This document shows positions 60,593 to 64,000 of a DNA stretch of 64,000 nucleotides, one piece after another (the stretch's first letter is position 1; every line of letters begins with the position of its first letter). Location of the stretch: the NCBI GenBank assembly GCA_947449005.1, contig CANFPP010000001.1:8442-72441 (forward strand). The letters run 5' to 3'. The notes beneath the pieces were generated by a model, which made no database searches, was not told the origin of the DNA, and saw only the letters and a list, made by a program, of their open reading frames with translations. Source of the stretch: Holosporales bacterium (GTDB lineage Bacteria; Pseudomonadota; Alphaproteobacteria; Paracaedibacterales; CANFPP01). A program made the translations under genes and the position numbers.

Positions 60593-63016
60593 CTACATCA
60601 CCGAAGGATGAGTGGGAACATGTTTTGGATGAGTAATAACATTAATGTCTTCCTCTTCAGCATGCCATTCAATCGGCTGTGGCATTTTTACCAACGTAAC
60701 CTTTAAAACATCATCTATGGTTATCATTGGAATAATTTTCAAACCAGATTTAACATTCTCAGGAATTTCTGCCAGATCTTTTTCATTATCAAGAGGGATG
60801 AGAACTGTTTTAATTCCACCTCGATGCGCTGCCAATAGCTTTTCTTTTAAACCACCAATTTGAAGAATTCTGCCACGCAGGGTAATTTCCCCTGTCATCG
60901 CAACATCTTTTCTAACAGCTATACCAGTTAGCGCTGAAACGATCGATACACACATTGCAACACCTGCAGAAGGGCCATCTTTTGGAGTCGCTCCCTCTGG
61001 AACATGAATGTGAATATCGCGTTTTTCAAACAAGGTTGGATTAATTCCAAATTGCAAAGCTCTCGTTCGAACATAACTCAGAGCAGCCTGAATTGATTCC
61101 TGCATTACATCACCTAACTTACCGGTGATCATTGTCTTGCCTTTACCCGGCAACACAACAGCTTCGATGGAGAGTAATTCACCACCAACTTCTGTCCATG
61201 CCAAACCAGTTACGACACCAACAATATCTTCTTCTGATGCCTGACCATAATGATAACGAGGAATACCAGCATAGTCTTTTAAGTTTTCTATTGTAATGTG
61301 CACATATTTTGAGCCAGTTAACAAAATCTCTTTGATTGCTTTACGAGCAAGCTTAGCAACTTCACGTTCAAGATTTCTAACACCCGCTTCGCGTGTATAG
61401 GTGCGAATAATCATGCGAAGAACTTCATCATCAATTGTAATTTCTTCCGGTTTAAGACCATGCATCTCAAGCTGCTTAGACAACAAATGATTCTTAGCAA
61501 TCTCTAGCTTTTCATCTTCTGTATAGCCTGGAAGACGAATAATCTCCATACGATCCAATAAAGGTTGCGGCATATTCAAAGTATTCGCTGTCGTAACGAA
61601 CATCACATCAGAAAGATCATAATCAACTTCAAGATAGTGATCATTAAAGGTTGCGTTCTGCTCCGGATCCAAAACCTCTAAAAGGGCTGAAGATGGATCG
61701 CCGCGCCAGTCGCTTCCAAGTTTATCAATTTCATCAAGCAAGAATAATGGATTAGATGTTTTTGCTTTGCGCATGCCTTGGATAATTTTTCCAGGCATTG
61801 AACCAATATATGTGCGTCTATGTCCACGAACCTCTGCTTCATCACGCACGCCACCTAAGGAAATACGAACGAAATTACGGCCTGTAGCCTGCGCAATCGA
61901 TTTTCCAAGTGATGTTTTACCCACACCTGGAGGACCAACTAAGCAAAGAATTTGCCCTTTAACTTTACCAACTCGTGATTGAACAGCAATATACTCTAAT
62001 ATCCGTTCTTTAACTTTTTCCAAGCCATAATGATCGTTATTTAGAATTCCTTCAGCCTGACTTAGGTCGCGCTTAACTTTACTGCGATGTTGCCAAGGAA
62101 TGCTGATAATCCAATCCAAATAATTACGAACTACTGTAGCTTCAGCCGAAGCTTGATTCATTGTCCGTAATTTCTTAACTTCTGCATTTGCTTTTGCACG
62201 AACTTCTTTGGTTAGCTTTAGTTTTTTAAGTTTTTCTTCAATTTCTGAAACTTCATCACGACCATCTTCACCTTCTCCAAGTTCTTTATGAATCGCTTTT
62301 AATTGCTCGTTCAGATAATATTCTCTTTGAGTCTTTTCCATTTGTCGTTTTACGCGCGTACGAATGCGCTTCTCAACTTGCAAGACACTGCTTTCACTTT
62401 CTATAAACGCTAAAATCTTTTCTAGACGCTTGGTTGTATCTATAGTTTCTAGCAATTCCTGTTTTTCAGAAATTTTTAAAGTAAAATAAGAGGAGATTGT
62501 ATCAGCAAGCTTACCTGGATCACTAAGTTGATTGATAGTAACTAATACATCTGGAGGGATTTTTCTATTTAGTTTGATGTACTGTTCAAATTGAGCAACA
62601 ACAGTTCTAACCATTGCTTCAATCTCAATTTCGTCAGGTGTAACTTCTTCAATTTCCTCTGCATCTGCCTGGAAATAGTGGCTGTCTTCATAATAATGCA
62701 GGATACGAACACGCTTCACTCCCTCAACTAATACCTTAACAGTACCGTCAGGTAGTTTGAGTAGTTGGAGAATAGTTCCTAAAGTCCCAAGTGTGTAGAG
62801 ATCCTGTTTATCAGGATCATCTTGCGTAGAACTTTTCTGAGTCACAAGAATAATATGCTTCTGATCCCCACGCATTACATCTTCAAGGGCAGAAACAGAT
62901 TTCTCGCGCCCGACAAACAAAGGAACGATCATATGAGGAAATACCACAATATCGCGCAATGGCAGCACTGGGTATCTTTTTCCTGTTTTTAAAGTCAGCA
63001 TTTTTTTAATCTCCAC
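60593..63016 (-). CDS. lon: ATP-dependent Lon protease
   Basis: LPLRDIVVFPHM, Walker A GPPGVGKTS, catalytic DGPSAG...K dyad. 807 aa. Confidence 0.97.
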   Translation of the reverse strand: MEIKKMLTLKTGKRYPVLPLRDIVVFPHMIVPLFVGREKSVSALEDVMRGDQKHIILVTQKSSTQDDPDKQDLYTLGTLGTILQLLKLPDGTVKVLVEGVKRVRILHYYEDSHYFQADAEEIEEVTPDEIEIEAMVRTVVAQFEQYIKLNRKIPPDVLVTINQLSDPGKLADTISSYFTLKISEKQELLETIDTTKRLEKILAFIESESSVLQVEKRIRTRVKRQMEKTQREYYLNEQLKAIHKELGEGEDGRDEVSEIEEKLKKLKLTKEVRAKANAEVKKLRTMNQASAEATVVRNYLDWIISIPWQHRSKVKRDLSQAEGILNNDHYGLEKVKERILEYIAVQSRVGKVKGQILCLVGPPGVGKTSLGKSIAQATGRNFVRISLGGVRDEAEVRGHRRTYIGSMPGKIIQGMRKAKTSNPLFLLDEIDKLGSDWRGDPSSALLEVLDPEQNATFNDHYLEVDYDLSDVMFVTTANTLNMPQPLLDRMEIIRLPGYTEDEKLEIAKNHLLSKQLEMHGLKPEEITIDDEVLRMIIRTYTREAGVRNLEREVAKLARKAIKEILLTGSKYVHITIENLKDYAGIPRYHYGQASEEDIVGVVTGLAWTEVGGELLSIEAVVLPGKGKTMITGKLGDVMQESIQAALSYVRTRALQFGINPTLFEKRDIHIHVPEGATPKDGPSAGVAMCVSIVSALTGIAVRKDVAMTGEITLRGRILQIGGLKEKLLAAHRGGIKTVLIPLDNEKDLAEIPENVKSGLKIIPMITIDDVLKVTLVKMPQPIEWHAEEEDINVITHPKHVPTHPSVM

Positions 63017-63072
63017 CCTTTATTTTTAGCACATCCAGACAAGAATTCAAAGAATTGGTTCTTAGGAAAGCA

Positions 63073-63286
63073 GATACTCAGTATTTTTTTGAGATCCTGC
63101 ATCAGTGACTCGTTACCCAAGCTAAAGCTTGGAACTCGCCTGCTGTCAGGATGACAGCTGTGGAAGCAGTGTTTCTGCCTTTTATGAAGTTATCCTCCCC
63201 CTCCGTTCGTCATATCTTGGAAAGTCGGTTGACTCCAAGCTTATCTTGGATAATGAAGCTACTTATGTAGTCTTACTGAGTAGTTC
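63073..63286. mobile_element. MITE-like element, family C (long copy)
   Basis: GATACTCAGTATTTTTTTGAGATCCTGCATCAGTGACTCGTTACCCAAGCTAAAGCTTGGA ... CTTATGTAGTCTTACTGAGTAGTTC. Ends and inner segment are homologous to 28825-28937, with about 100 bp of extra internal sequence. Confidence 0.6.
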
Positions 63287-63316
63287 ATAAATATTAGAGG
63301 GGCTTCTCAGAGGTTT

Positions 63317-63349
63317 TGAAATCCTGGGGCCTAGCATCCAGGATTTCAA
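63317..63349. repeat. Solo family-B-like hairpin just downstream of clpX
   Basis: GAAATCCTGG-ggcctagcat-CCAGGATTTC. Confidence 0.55.
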
Positions 63350-63364
63350 GCAAAGAATACTTCT

Positions 63365-64000
63365 TTACCCTGCAGAAGAAACCGCTTCAGCAGGTTTCTG
63401 AACGACAATTTTCAAAGGGGGTTGCTGGCTATCAACAGTTTCTTTGTTGATGATAACTTCTTCAAACTTTTCACGGTAGGAAGGAAGCTCAAACATGGTA
63501 TCGAGTAGAATTGTCTCCATAATAGAGCGTAAACCTCTTGCCCCTGTCTTTCTTCCAATTGCTTTTAACGCAATCGCCTTTAGAGCCTCTTCTGTGAAGC
63601 TTAAATTAACATCTTCCATCTCAAAAAGTCGTTTGTATTGCTTAACTAACGCATTTTTTGGTTTACTTAAAATATCAACTAGCGCTGCTTCATCTAGGTC
63701 AACAAGTGTTGCAATAACTGGTAAACGGCCGATAAACTCAGGAATTAAACCAAATTTCAATAGATCTTCTGGTTCAACTTCACGAAGGATATCACCCATC
63801 ATCCGATCTTCAGGAGCACGAACATCAGCACCAAAGCCAATACCAACGCCACGTCCTCTAGCAGAAATTATTTTTTCTAAACCAGCGAAAGCTCCACCGC
63901 AGATAAAGAGGATGTTGGTTGTATCAACTTGCAAGAACTCTTGCTGTGGATGCTTGCGCCCACCTTGTGGAGGAACAGATGCAATCGTACCTTCCATGAT
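63365..64000 (-). CDS. clpX: ATP-dependent protease ATPase subunit ClpX (C-terminal part; 5' end off-window)
   Basis: ...[39 protein letters not shown]. The frame stays open to position 64000. Confidence 0.95.
   Translation of the reverse strand: MMEGTIASVPPQGGRKHPQQEFLQVDTTNILFICGGAFAGLEKIISARGRGVGIGFGADVRAPEDRMMGDILREVEPEDLLKFGLIPEFIGRLPVIATLVDLDEAALVDILSKPKNALVKQYKRLFEMEDVNLSFTEEALKAIALKAIGRKTGARGLRSIMETILLDTMFELPSYREKFEEVIINKETVDSQQPPLKIVVQKPAEAVSSAG

Overview
AT-rich alphaproteobacterial chromosome segment. Lineage markers are ctrA, an isc operon with two cysteine desulfurases, clpX-lon, yfgM-bamB-der and ffs-dnaX-ybaB. The accessory content resembles a protist- or amoeba-associated endosymbiont (Holosporales/Rickettsiales-like), but that lineage call is inference only.

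Core genes: tRNA-Ser(GCU), apaG, yfgM-like, bamB, der, rpmB, yhhQ-tgt, ctrA, asd, an M23 peptidase, a BI-1/YccA protein, rnpB, ffs, dnaX, ybaB, iscR-nifS-iscS-iscU-iscA-hscB-hscA-fdx-iscX, lon and clpX (partial).

Accessory content worth attention:
1. An 11-kb tandem array (8.1-19.1 kb) of four paralogous secreted alpha-helical repeat proteins. Each carries a eukaryote-type IQ (calmodulin-binding-like) motif just after the signal-peptide cleavage site. Three of the four share a duplicated promoter and leader. The array sits directly beside a convergent, 3'-overlapping LuxR/LuxI quorum-sensing pair.
2. A 2,474-aa protein with an N-terminal inverse-autotransporter-type beta-barrel and a non-Ig coiled-coil passenger. 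The passenger holds 21 copies of a 57-bp (19-aa) repeat that differ almost only at synonymous sites, two further IQ-like motifs, and a C-terminal acidic/Ser-rich repeat ending in an LIR-like W-x-x-I. It is co-transcribed with a secreted coiled-coil protein.
3. A tightly coupled operon: methyltransferase-GT2 fusion, large polytopic GT-C-like membrane protein, gmd, fcl, manC. This suggests a polyprenyl-phosphate-sugar periplasmic glycosylation system.
4. A lipoprotein-anchored Nudix hydrolase, tandem phospholipid-N-methyltransferase-like genes, an LEA-like gene cluster with a duplicated promoter, and a secreted trio that includes a possible S1-like peptidase.
5. At least three families of hairpin-ended MITE-like palindromic elements in intergenic regions, one of them inside the isc operon.

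No CRISPR array, rRNA, integrase or transposase gene was seen. All functional calls rest on motif recognition by eye and memory of protein families. No searches were run.
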